Assembly (NCBI GenBank): GCA_031835245.2
Contig: JAVKOQ020000010.1
Location: 372,001 to 436,000 of the forward strand
DNA length: 64,000 nucleotides
Direction of reading: 5' to 3'
Source: Balamuthia mandrillaris
Taxonomy: Eukaryota
Positions 47,555 through 60,131 of this stretch are shown here, piece by piece. Position 1 is the stretch's first letter, and each line of letters begins with the position of its first letter. Under the pieces are notes generated by a model. It had not been told where the DNA came from. It made no database searches and saw only the letters and a program-made list of their open reading frames with translations. The translations under genes were made by a program, and so were the position numbers.

Positions 47555-48280
47555 TTAGCGTCTTATAGCAGTCCACGGATGAGGAAACAGCTTGTACAAA
47601 AAGTCGAGCCATCCCTCAGCGAGAGGATATCGCTCAAACCCAGATAGCAGAAATAGCTCGCCGCTCTCCTCCTTCACAGCCATTTGCTTGAAGCCATGAC
47701 GATCCGTCAGCGGTAACCACCCTTTCTCCAGCCTATCCAACTCTCTCTTGGCCTCCACCATTTCAGACAGCGGCAAAAGCCTGATGCCACTGCCCAACAA
47801 GGAGTCGGTGGTAGTTGCCACAGAAAAGGAGGAGAGAGGGTCACCCCATCTGCCTCCCCCTGTACCGTGCGACCCGTCATGCACGGAAAGCGAGACGCGC
47901 AGGTCCTCTGGAAGACGAGCAATCCCCATGCTTTGCTCTGCTGCGAGAATGGCTTCTTCGGTGGCGCCAGGGTTCAGCGCAGCCAGCACCCTCCGTTCAG
48001 CATAGTTCTCTATGGCAGCCCATACCCTTTTGACTTGGGTTTCCGTGGTTTTGCGGTCGATGAAGAGCTCCCTCCAGGTTTTTTTGTTGCTGGTGGGTGC
48101 TGGCGTTGCGGTGGGGGAGGGAAGGAGCCAGCGGTGCTCCTGGCAAAAGCTTCGCCACAGGGAGGGCTCCTCGCTGACTCGTCGCCATTGCTTACAGACG
48201 GCCGCTGCGGCCATCAGCTCTTTGGCCGGGAGCCTCGAGAAGATACAGAGCATCAGCTCGTCCGCCAGCTGGGCCGTCAT
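47555..48280 (-). CDS. F-box plus SMI1/KNR4 (SUKH) domain protein, FBXO3/SKIP16-like, intronless
   Basis: LADELMLCIFSRL..VCKQWRRV..LW (F-box); LNPGATEEAI..EQSMG..LPEDLR..HDG (SMI1/KNR4). Confidence 0.85.
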   Translation of the reverse strand: MTAQLADELMLCIFSRLPAKELMAAAAVCKQWRRVSEEPSLWRSFCQEHRWLLPSPTATPAPTSNKKTWRELFIDRKTTETQVKRVWAAIENYAERRVLAALNPGATEEAILAAEQSMGIARLPEDLRVSLSVHDGSHGTGGGRWGDPLSSFSVATTTDSLLGSGIRLLPLSEMVEAKRELDRLEKGWLPLTDRHGFKQMAVKEESGELFLLSGFERYPLAEGWLDFLYKLFPHPWTAIRR

Positions 48281-48797
48281 GTCCTTTTGTCTGCACACGG
48301 GGCAAAGAAAGCCTTGCTTGGGGTGGTCTTTTGCTTGTGGTTTGTTCTTCTCTTCTCTCTATTCTTTTGTTTTTGTTTTCAAGTTTTCTTTTGGCTGAAA
48401 AAATTATTCCCACAGTGAATGGGCAGAATTCGTGGTCACCTTCTGAAGCACACGTTACTTAAAAAAGGGAAAACGTGGACCAATAGGAAACCCTTTGGTG
48501 GATTGTGTTTTCTCTCAAGTTTCTCAGGATATTTTCTCAATTTTCCGTCAAAGAGAAGAAAGCAACCACACACCACCACCACCACAACAAAAAAGTTGTT
48601 AACATGTCAATGAGGGCCCGCCCTTTCCCCCCGCCCTTTCCTCGCCCCCCCCCCCCTTTGCTAGACAGATCTTTCGCCCAACAGACAACAAGTCTGTCTT
48701 TTTGCCAAACAAAAAAATCCAGAAATAAAGAAATAAAGTAGCAAAGAGCGAGAGAGAGAGAGAGAGAGAGAGAGAGCTCGTCCGCGAAAGCGAAAAA

Positions 48798-49472
48798 ATG
48801 ATGAGCGAAAGCGAGGAACTGCACAAGGTGGGCCTTTGTTCATTTTTCGTTGTGTCCCCTTCCCTCCTTCTCCACCTCCTCCTCTTGTTTTTTTTTTCAT
48901 CAGCTGATTGATCTTCACGCAAAATCAAAAACACACAAGAATCATTTGGGGGAGGAGAAAAGCCAGTACCTGCTTCAGCACAAGGACAACCCCGTCCATT
49001 GGTTTTCGTTTGGTCCGAAGGCCTTTGAGCTAGCCAAGAAAGAGAAAAAACCCATTCTCATCAGCATCGGCTATTGTGCGTTGTTCTCCTTTCCGCGTGT
49101 TCTTTCTTTCTCCCTTCACTTCTCTTTCCTCTCCTCTCCTCTCCTCTTTTCTCTTCACTCTTCTCTGCTTTTCTTGTTCCCTCTCATCAAAAAAAAAAAC
49201 CACTCTCTTGTGTCTCGTGCTTTCATTTTGCCTACGTACCACTAGCGACATGTCACTGGTAAGTTTTTTGATGTGGTTTGAGAAAGAAAGAGTACTTTCA
49301 CTACAAAAGCCAAGCCTTTAGCTGACACGCTTTCTCATTCGATTTTCTCTCCTTCTGAAGGTGTCATGTTATGGAGCGAGAGTCGTTCGAAGACCACCAG
49401 GTGGCTGACTTGCTTAACAAGTACTTTGTTTCCATCAAAGTCGATAGAGAAGAGTTGCCTGGTATGCTTTTT

Positions 49473-49504
<32 letters not shown>

Positions 49505-52075
49505 CCCCCTCTATCTCTCTCCCCGTTGCTCCTTGTGATTAATCGTTTGTGTTTGTAGATGTGGATGCAATCTACATGAGAGCAGCGCTGAGCATGATGC
49601 ATGGAGGAGGTGGTTGGCCTCTCAACGTACGTTTTTCATTCCACTGTTTAACTGAGAAAAAAGAGAAAGAACTTCAACTAATCCGGGTACATTCAAAAGG
49701 TCTTCGTCACACCTGATCTTAAACCTTTCTTCGCTGGGTACCACAAATTACATATCTTCTTGCTATCTTTTTCTTCTCCTGCATCCCTACTTCTTCTCAC
49801 TCTTGTGTTGCTTATTATTCTCACAACCATATCGGTTCATTTTAATATCTCAATTTATAGAACGTACTTCCCAAAAGAAACGTTCACGCGATTGGTGGCA
49901 AAGCTAGGAGAGACCTGGCAAAAAGCTCCCTCCAACCTGCAAAGCGTTGCGGATCAGATACATCAACACCTGAGCAGTGCCGAGGTGTTTGGTAGCGTGA
50001 GCAGTAGGAACCTATTAAACGAGTCGCTATTCTGTAGATTTTTTGAAGACTCAGAAGGTTCCTTATTCTTCCGATTATCTTCTTCTTGGGTTTAATTGTA
50101 CTCAACCAACTTGTGATTTCTCTTCCTAAGGTGACTTTGATGAAGAATATGGAGGATTCGGACGTGCCCCTAAGTTTCCGCCATCGATGAGGTTGCAAAT
50201 GTTGATGCGTATAGCGAGAAGGAGCAAGGATCCTGCTACCTCAGCAAAGGCCATGCATATGGTGGAACATACGCTCAAGTCGATGGTCAAAGGAGGGCTC
50301 TGGGATCATCTCGGTGGAGGTTTTGCTCGGTACAGCACTGACCGCAAATGGCTCATACCACGTTAGTCGCCTCTCTCTCTCTCTCTCTCTCTCGTTATGT
50401 TCACTGTCTCAACAAAGGCTAACGTTACTTTCCTGTTTCGTGCAGACTTTGAAAAGATGTTGTATGACAACGCGCTGTTACTTTATACTTACATTGAGGC
50501 GTTCCAAATGACTCGCGATTCGTGCTTTGAGGCAGTATCAAAGGAACTGATTAACTACATCTTGACGGTAATGCAACATCCTGAAGGAGGCTTTTATTCT
50601 GCTGGTGAGTTTGATTAATTGCTGTCCTGTCTCGTTTTCTCATGTTTTCTCATGTTTTCTCACATGCTCTCTGCTCAAAACCAGAGGATGCAGACAGCGA
50701 AGGAGAAGAAGGTAAATTTTATGTTTGGAAGAAAAAGGAAATCGACTCGCTCTTGCTGCCAGAGGTTAGTATTAACGAATCTCTTGGTTCAATACAACGT
50801 TAACGTTGTTTGCAAATGCAAAACTTTAAATCTAGGAAGCTCACGCCTTCTGCGAATATTATGGGGTTACGGAGAAAGGCAACTTCGAAGGAGGCACCAA
50901 CCACCTTCATTTGCTTTCTCACCCGCAGCTTGATTGGGGAGAGAAGAAGAGCGAACTCATTGCCCAAGCTTCGATGAAGCTGAAGGCTGTCAGAGATCGT
51001 CGCATCCATCCTCTCAGTACGCGTTTAGTCTTCTAAGAATTTATCAATTATGTTGAACTTATTTTGAGCTTTTGCTGTTTATTCATGCAGAGGACACCAA
51101 GATTCTTACTTCATGGAACGGATTGATGATTCGTTCAATGGCAATGGCTGCTCATGTATTCGCAGATACTTCATATGCCGAAGCTGCTTCGAAAGCGGCG
51201 TCCTTCATCAAAGATAAGCTTTACTCTCCATCCAGCAAAACTTTGTTCCGCAGGTATAGGGACGGAGAAGCCCGATTCAGTGGAACGTTGGACGATTATG
51301 CTTATCTCATCTCTGGCTTGTTGGAGCTCTACCAAACCACCTTTAACACCAAATGGCTTCAGTGGGCTCAGGAGTTGCAGGTACATCTTCTTCTACTTTC
51401 TAGGTATGATGATTCTCAAACGTTCCCTTGTGTGCTCACTTTATTTGGTCCATTTGCCAGGAAACTCAAGACCGATTGTTTGGTGATGAAGAAAAAGGCG
51501 GTTACTTCTACTCACCAGCCGAAACGGAACACCCTCTGATCATTCGCACCAAAGACTTCCAGGATGGAGCACAGCCCAACAGCAACTCCATCTCCGCCCT
51601 TAACCTCCTCATGCTCGAGAACTTGACCTTCAACAAGAAGGCAGGAACTAATGCTGGAGAAGCAAGTTCCGCTGCGATAGAATACAAGGAAAAGGCTGTG
51701 CGAGTGTTGAGTTCTATCGGAGATATTTTACAGAAAGCGCCAGAAGCGTTTACTCAGGCGCTTATCGCATTGGACTTTCTGACCGATGAGCCATTGCAAC
51801 TCGCCATCGTCATACCGAAGGCTCATGAGGAGGAGGAGGAGGTACGAGCCAACATGGTGAAGTGCATCAACGAGATGTTTCTACCAAACAAGGTGGTGGC
51901 TGTCGGCAGTGGCGAAGAGCATATCGGCTTGCTGGAAGGAAAAGCACCACAAGAGGGTCAAGTGACGGCATACGTATGCCAAGGCACTGCTTGCCTTGCT
52001 CCAACCACAAAGCCAGAGAAGCTACGAGAATTGTTGGCCCAGCGAGGCAAAGGAAAGACGTACAGCAATTTGTAA
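48798..52075 (+). CDS. SPATA20/SSP411/YyaL-family thioredoxin plus (alpha/alpha)6-barrel protein
   Basis: [81 protein letters not shown]. Confidence 0.95.
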
Positions 52076-52120
52076 AGGCTCGTGTTTACCATAAACCACA
52101 CATAGCATTAAAAGTTTAAG

Positions 52121-55100
52121 TTAGTCAAAGAACGAAAAGAAGTCGAGGTCTTCATCCTCATCACTTTCATCGTCATACGAAATGGGCTCACTTGTCTTCG
52201 TTCTGGGGCGCAACTTGAGAGCATTCTGGAAATAAGCAGCAAAGGTATTATCCCAGCTGGGTGGGAGTTTGATGTGCCTCAGATGGCGCAGCTTTGGTAA
52301 GTTAAACTGCTCTGGCAGTAGTGTGCTTTTCTGTTTTTTTTTTCTCTTGTTAGCACACGTGAAAGCCAGCTGAGGGCAGACAAGGGAGGAACAAAAAACA
52401 AACCTCTTTTGCTACAGCAGAACTCAGGTGGAGATAACGAATGTTGGGAGAGTGCTGCTCCAAGTTATCCAGCAGAGCGGTCGTGTGGTGAATGGAGTTG
52501 TTGCAAAAGCAAAGGCTAAGTCGTTCCAGTTTTGGTAAATACATGGGCAGAACAGTAAGGAGTGTAGTGGGCGCATTGCGATCTGAGTGCTTGTAAGAAA
52601 ACACTCGTAGGTTTCCCAAGAGCATGCAAGCCGGATCAAGCGCTTGCTGTTCCTCCTTTTCTTTCTCTTTGCCTTTGCAGTTTTCTTGGGAAGAAACAGC
52701 AGCTCTTTTTTCGTTGTAAAAGAGAGCCTTATACAAAGTAACGTCGGTGTGAGATATATTGAGCGAGGTAAGTTGATAGCGCAGTATGACAGGCAAAAGG
52801 CCCTGCTCCGTAACCGGACAACGTCCTATGTTGAGCTCTTTTAGGCAAGGAAAGCACTTGCTCACCAAATCGATCATGTAAAAGTCAACTATCCACGGAC
52901 AACTTTTTGCCGTTAACCGGCGCAACTTGTTGTAGAGTGGCACGCGATAGTTCAGCTTGCTGTCTATAATCCCACCAACCATATCATTTGTGTTTGTGAT
53001 GTCCAGAGATGTAAGGCCCCGATGCTTGACTGCCGCTTTTAATATACATAAACCTGCAAATGGTGAAACAGAAGGTAAGTAAACAGAAACATCTGGCTGG
53101 AAAACGTCTCACCTGAAACGGAAGTGCTCTTGACTTTGAGATCTGGTAATAGTAGCTTTGAGTATCAAAGCACGCACAAAGAATAGATAAGGCAGCAAAC
53201 CTTCGAGCATGAAACAACGGTTCATTAAGTACTCTACTGATGCCGTCTGTATGCGAGATGCAGAGCCCGACAGGTTCAGCGTGCGAAGCGTTCCAAAGAG
53301 ATTGTCTGCAATACAGCGCACCACACCAGGTCCTATTCTATTGCCTGCCAAGTTGATGGTGTGCAGACATAAGTTGCTGAAGATAAGTTCGGGATTGAGC
53401 GAATCACACTGGGGAAGACCCTTCAATGCCACGTGCTATTTATGGATATGTCGTAAGAATACTGATTATGACAGAGAAGAGAAGCAGATAACAAGACAAC
53501 AGGGAAGAGAACGAGAGAACAAGAGAACAAGAGAACACGAGAACGAGAGAACGAGAGGATAGTAGATAATTCGTACCTGAAGTCGAGGATATTTAAACTT
53601 GAAAATAGTGTTCAACAAAGTGAGGGTTGCCCACTTGGTTTTGTTCATGTACAGCGTCTCTAGTTGGACAGCTTTACAGGAGGTCATCGGAGGAATTTCC
53701 ACAGTTGTCATCTGTGGCTCACCACAATTTGACACGTCCACAAAACGAATGTTACGCGAAGATTGAAGCAGGCAAATAAGAGTTCGTGCACAGGTTTGAG
53801 TCCCAGCGAGCTGGTAACAATGAAGCAATCAGCAACGTAACATTACGTTAATTGGATGGCTTTGGACCAAACCTGTAATACTTGTAACCGGTCGCAGCGA
53901 CGGATAAGTTTCTCAATAGCGAAGTGGCCTTCAAAAGGTACATTGCTCAAGTTCACTGATACTAACTGAAGAGGCAAAGTAGGGTCAAATAAACTTGGAA
54001 AAATGCAGAAAATAATAAGGAGGAGTACATAAAATAACTTACGTTGGGACAGTCATCAGCCAAAGAGGAGATGCCACGAGACTAGCGAGAATTTGTATAA
54101 GATAAATTGAAGCAACATACCTCCATACCATCTAGAGGGAGAAAGGTACCGTAATGAGCTTGCAGTCTTGCAGGTCAATCTTTGCTAACTGGTGACAAGT
54201 TGAACATATACTTGCAAGGCCTTCATCCGTTATGGCAGCGCACTGCCTGAGATTAAGGTTCCTAAGGTTGCGGCAGCGCAGAGATATCACATGAAGATGT
54301 TCATCAGTGATGTGAGGGGCTTGTGGAGAGAGATCCAGTTTTTTAACATCATCATCTTCCAGGAGCAAGGCCAGATGGAGAGGATGAAGGATGTAGTGCT
54401 GCATTAATAGACCGAAAATGCGAGTGCGGATGAATAACGGTACACCTTCAAGCGATTCATAATGAAGCAAGTTTCTGGCCATGTTCAACAAACATTGTGA
54501 CCGTAGCGATCGCACCACATTGTTGTCAACTGTAAAAAATAAATAAATAAGGGAGAAGGGGAGGGAGGGAGGGAGGGAGAGCAGGAAAGCTGGAGATGAT
54601 ATGGGAAGGCCAAGAACAGAAAAGATGAGAGAAAGAACCTTGCCGGATGCACTCCAAATAGATATGTTCGTCTTGGTGTTGCTTGAGTTTTTGTGCCATA
54701 GCCTTCTGCAGTTCTTTGAGTTGTTCCGCTGAAACAGTATCATAGCGGACGGACAACTCTTTTTGCAGCCGCTGCTCCATAGTCAGGCTTCCTTGTTTAG
54801 ATGCCACAAGCCTTTGTATTACAGCCGGAAGCTGATTAGTTGGTTGTGGTGTATCCTCTTTCTTTTTTTTAACCAACGAAGCTGCTGCTTAAAAGTTCAT
54901 TGTTTTGTAAGACCAGCGGGCGTTAGCCAACAAAAACCAGAACAAAACAAAGCACAACAGAACATGGAAAAGAAGAACAAACCAACGCACTCATTGGCTT
55001 TGCGCTCTGCAAAAATGCTCAACCAATTTTCGCTGATACGAGCAACATCCAATAATGCTGATGAAAAGGTTTGAGAGACAGAAGGTGAAGAGGCTGATGG

Positions 55101-55948
55101 AGAAGAAGAGAAAGCGAGTGAAGAAGAAAAAGAAGAAGGCGGAGCACGGTTTGGCCACACTCTAGCAAGGGTTTTAACGAGGGCAGCAGCTTCTTTCTCA
55201 GAGATGGTGAAATGGTTGGAAGCTACAGAAGAGTCGTCCTTATGCTGGGAAGCAACGTTTATGGAGCGAGGTACAGCCTCAAGAAGCGGATAGCCTCCCC
55301 CCAATTCCAACTCTACCTTCAGGCCCACTGAAACATAGCAAATACAAATATTTTACGCTGTTTAGAGCAAGCAAAAACATAGAAAGAAAGCAACCAGGGG
55401 TCCTCACCATGCGGATACTTCATATCGGTGAAAGAAAGGCAAAGGAGCCTAGAGTCCTCCGAAACAGAGGAAACGCAAACGGCCTGAGAGCCATAACTTT
55501 GCTTCAACAAAGCCAAATGTTGGTCTTGTAAGGAGCGGCACTCAGCGTGGAGGTGCTGGTCAGCGGTTGGGTTGTTGCGGCAGTTGCTGCTGTTTCTGCG
55601 CCTTCTGCCATGTTTGTCTTTGTCGGAAGACGGAGGAGGAGGCACTTCCAGCAAACTTGCCAAGTCAACAGCAGAGCTTTCCCTCTTGTAGACGTACTCT
55701 GCGGCTTCCTCGTCCAACTCTTCCTCTTTTTCTGCTACGCCATAATCCTCTTCGTTTTCCTTTGGCTGCGGGTGCAACTGCTCGTCAGCTACCTTTTCGT
55801 CGTCGTCGTCATAGTCTTCCCAGTTGTGGTCTTCCTCCTCTTCTTCTGCATGATCACTATAAAAGCGGTTGCGTTGGGACACAGCGCGGTCATCAGGATC
55901 CAGCAGTTGCAACAACGCCGTTCCTGAACCCAACATGCGGTTCTTCAT
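52121..55948 (-). CDS. LRR protein with an RWD-like N-terminal domain and an Elongin BC-box-like motif
   Basis: Q..HLALLKQSY..VELELGGGYP (RWD-like); SLRSQCLLNM..LEGVP; repeated L..LNL..C..ITD LRRs; acidic end DEDLDFFSFFD, TAA 52123-52121. Confidence 0.75.
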
Positions 55949-56538
55949 GGTGCTTGCTGCTTTGCTTTCCCTTTTTTTGTCTTGCTCTTTTGTTTACACT
56001 TTTTTTTTATCTGAAAGAAGATCAAGACGAAAAAGAACCAAGAAGAGAAAAAACCAAGAAGAGCAAGTGCACACTAGTTATTGACCCGCGACGAGGATGG
56101 AGTGCTGTAATGGAGCGCTGACAATAAATAACACTGGAGGGGATCTACTTGGTGTACGACTCAAAGGATACTTCATTTTTCTTCTTTGCGCCCCGTAGGA
56201 GGAGGAGACGTCTTAATACCTTCATCAACCACGTTTGACTTTCTTCTTTTTTCCCTCTTTCTGCCAGTCTCCATTTCAGCAGGTCATTCATGTGGTTTTT
56301 ATGCAGCGAAGGAGGACTTTTTTTTTGGGGAGTCAACGGTGAAAAAGAAGCCAACGGGGAAGAAGGCAAGCCTTGCGTTACAAAGCAGAAAATCCAGCCA
56401 AAATTCGTCTTATTGGAGATAAAAGAAATCTGTGGCCACTCTTTCTACCGCTTGCCATGTGTATATTTAATGTGTGCGGAAAGAAGTCAGGAAAGAAGGC
56501 AAACATAACCCCAAGTTGTACATAACAACAACACCACA

Positions 56539-58542
56539 ATGCACTCGAGCCATGTATGCTTCGCGTTAGCTCTCGTAACGGTATCCCTGTTGGGTCCCCT
56601 CAGCTTGCTGCTGCGCGATGTACCAAAGACCAGCAACGTGGCTCCATTAACCTTTCGACCGCCGCATATGGGTGCAACCGCTCGCGACAAAAGGCACACG
56701 GGTGGGGGCCTACCTGCAAGCCTCACTTATGCCTACTTAATCCCGGACCTGTTGGAGAGCGAGGAACCAGAGAGAGTGAAGGAGCTGCTTGACCCTGTTC
56801 TGCCAGAGCTGGTGACCATGGTTTGGGTCAACAGAGAGAAGTTCTCGCATACGCGCCTTGTTTTGGAGGACTGGTGGAGCAAGAATCCCCTCGGCGTGAG
56901 GAGCATCTATGGCCTTGGCGGTTTGGAGCCTCCCGCACTGGTGGCCTGGCTGAAGGAGAAGGAGCAAATGATGGGAAGGAACCTTTTTACCGTTGTTGAA
57001 GACACGAGCTTGTTGCCTCCCTTCGCGACTGTTAACCTGGCTGTTGAGGAGGTGACAACTCCCTACTTTGTGATCATCCATGCCGACACCATGCTGGAGC
57101 CTCTCACGCTTCACTACTTCCTCCGAAGGGCACTACTGAATCCTGACGCCGCCGTTGTTGACCCGATCATTTGGGAGAGACATGTGGATCAAGACGAGCT
57201 CATCCTTCACAGCACCTACGAGTTGCTCAGCGCTAGCAGAACGCAAGCGCATTCTAGGCTTGTTCCCTATTACATTCGCCTCCCACGAGAGCATGGAACC
57301 ATTCCATTTAATGATCAGGCCTCCATCCGTGACCTTTCTAGGAAGTACATCTCCACTCAACCGCTAACAGCCATGGGAGTCGAGTACCACTGTGCCTTGT
57401 TCGAGACGGAGGTGGCTCGTCACAGTTTCAAGATTTTGGATTCCTATGCTACAGAGAATCCCTTGAATACTGGCTTCGTCGCAGCGGAGTTGAACCGCAA
57501 CATCATGGTCGAGCCACAGGCCATCGCTAGCTACATCTATCCTAAAGAGGGTCACGCCTTTGAGCAAGAAGACGTCTTCATGATGGCATGGGCTTGGGAT
57601 GCAGAAATGGCGTTTATCAACAAGTATGTTTCTCTTTTGCTCCTTCTCTCTTCTTGTTAGGGCTACACTTACTCTCTTACTAGTTGCTATGCTGAATCCA
57701 AGTTTGGGCACGTAGCAGAGAGTCCCCGAATCCATTTCTGGATGAACATGGTTGGGTATCGAATGAGAGGAGCACACTATGGTTGGAACGCTCCTGAACC
57801 TGTGCACCCAGATCCGATGGTACAGTCTCAAATGATCATTGGGATATTTCTCATCATTGGCTCCAATCGCTTCCGTTTTGATGATGCGCCTGGAGGCACA
57901 TGGCTAGAGCCAAGACAGTTCCACATGAAGGCTAAAGCGGCAGCAGAACAAAGCAAACCTCTCCTTATGGCCTTTACGCAGGAAAATGAACTTCCCATTC
58001 CAGAATGGAATGGCCCTAAGCTTACGAAATGGGAGCAACGGATTGCACTCCATGAATCACTTAGTGACAACCACCACCAGGGCTTCGTTCTGAAGAAAGA
58101 GGCACGGGCAGAGGTGCAAGGTTACAACTGTAGCCATCAGGTTTATCGTGAGCACCATCTTCTCCGGCTGGACTTTGCTGGCCGAGGCGCTCAACCTGAG
58201 AAGCTGGCTTGTGTATCTTCCCTTTCCTCACGTATCACCAATGCAGCTTTCCTTATCCTTGCCTTGCCCAGTGACATTCATCATAGCAAATTCAAGATAG
58301 AACTCTGGTTTGAGTTTCCAAGCCTCGATGCTGCTCACCACTTCCAGGAAACACTTGTGCCAGAGGCTCATTTAGGAGCAAAGCATTGTGAATTCATGAA
58401 GGCAGACAGTAAACCAACAAGCATTTTGCTGCCAACAGCCTCCAATGGTGTTCATGTGCTCCAGTGGAAACATGATATCGATTATGCACAGTATTTTGAG
58501 AAACTTATCAGAAATATTATTTATCCACATCAAAGCAAATAA
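56539..58542 (+). CDS. Type II membrane GT-A/GT2-like glycosyltransferase, 2 exons
   Basis: N-terminal TM segment; VNLAVEEVTTPYFVIIHADT (DxD-like); AVVDP; VEYHCAL; intron ~57624/7-57683. Confidence 0.7.
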
Positions 58543-59006
58543 TAGTTTTATTCTTTGTAGTTTAGTTTGTTTGACAAAAAAGGGATTTAATTGCAACAGA
58601 TCTGGTTTTATGAAAGCTTGTTTGCTTCTCCTGCCCTATTTTTGTTTGAACTCAAAGCATTTGCACTTGTTTGATTACAATTGTAACACCCTAGGATAGA
58701 GAATGAGCTTGAAAGCAAAAACCACTTGTGTTGGCTAGGTCATTTCACAACAAGCTAAAAATTAATTGTTTTTGTGACAGAGCTCAAAAATCAATTTAAA
58801 ATTTGCTATTTTGCTTGTTGTTTTGCTATTTTGAAAAAAAAGGGTTTTGTTTATTCTTTAAAACATAAGGGTTAGGGTTAAGTGCGGGTACTCAGAACCT
58901 ACAGCATTCAACTCCCCATGGTCCATTCTATAAAACTCTAAGTCTATAAGTCTAACAGATAAAGTGGGTCAAAGTAGCAATTTTTTCAATTTTTGTATAG
59001 GAATAC

Positions 59007-59877
59007 CTATATGTTGGTTGAATCCAACCTTAGGAAGGAAAGAGTCGGTGACGAGACAAGGAGTGTATTCAAGAGAATAGGGGAAAGACAATGAGAGTGA
59101 ATCTCTGACGTTGCTTCAAAGTACACCGAGAGAAAGGGGGAAAAGAGAGAAAGGAAGGATGGGGGATACAAAAGAAAGGAGAGCTGAGGGTCCGGGACGG
59201 ATCCAATATGAGGAGTCTTGAGATAAGTGTTGGTGATTTTACCAACATATATAATCGAACAAGATATAATCATAATATCATCATCATTATCATCATCATT
59301 CTCCTCTGTCTCTTCCTTTTCATCCAAGATGGATATAACTGTAGTGGTAGTAGAAGTAGGAGATGATGGGAAGGAAGTGTTGTCATTATCATCATCATCT
59401 GATTTGTCAAAGTCCTCATCGTGGGCCACCAAGTATTTGGCCTTCAAAGCATCCAGATTGTTGAAGAATTCTGTGAGGAGATTGCGCCATTTATCATAGC
59501 AATCATTGTTGGTTCGACGTTGGGTAGGCAAGTGTTTGGCAATCTCCAACCAAGACCATCCATCACGCAAGCACCAAGTGACAAGTCTACGGATTTCTGG
59601 TGCCTGCCAAGCGATCCGTTGCCGATGGCCATTCTTCCGATATTTGAGTCAACTGGATAACAATTATTGTCACTGAAGCGCTCTATGAACTCATTGTCGT
59701 CGTGGTGTTTGTTTTTTTGAGTCATCAAAGCATTCCTTACCCCTCGTCAAGAGCACATCCTTATCAAACTCATCTGGATGATTTTCTACCCAAGCGGTAC
59801 AACATTCAAGCCACAAGGAGCGATAAAATCGTATTTGTTGATGTTTGGTTGGCAAATCTGTTCGTTTCATGAACCAC
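59007..59877 (-). pseudogene. Myb/SANT-domain gene relic, probably transposon-associated, with four in-frame stops
   Basis: AWQAPEIRRL..DGWSWLEIAKHLP..RTNNDCYDKWRNL. Same frame as the upstream exon but interrupted by TGA 59693, TGA 59672, TAA 59666 and TGA 59651. Confidence 0.8.
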
Positions 59878-60131
59878 CTAAAGAAGCAGTGTAAAAGAAG
59901 AAGAGAGAAAGAGAAAGCGAGAGAAAGAGAGAGCAAGAGAAAGAGAAAGAGAAAGCGAGAGAAAGAAAGAGGAAAAGAAAGAAAAAGGGAAAAAAGACAA
60001 AAAACAAAGTGTGAGTGAATGTCAAAAGAAGAACAAATGAACTAAGACCAATTATAACAATTATTGTTTAGACTATGAATGTTGCTGCTGCCACAATAAA
60101 CCTGTGTGTTCTAGCTGAGCGCTAGGTCTAA

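Noticed and set aside
56079..56128. Box C/D snoRNA (TTATTG/CAATAA stem with terminal CTGA)
   Set aside because: No RTGATGA box C next to the 5' stem, and the segment is too short.
58868..58880. Telomeric repeat (AGGGTTAGGGTTA)
   Set aside because: Only about two units; could be chance or an element end and cannot be resolved here.
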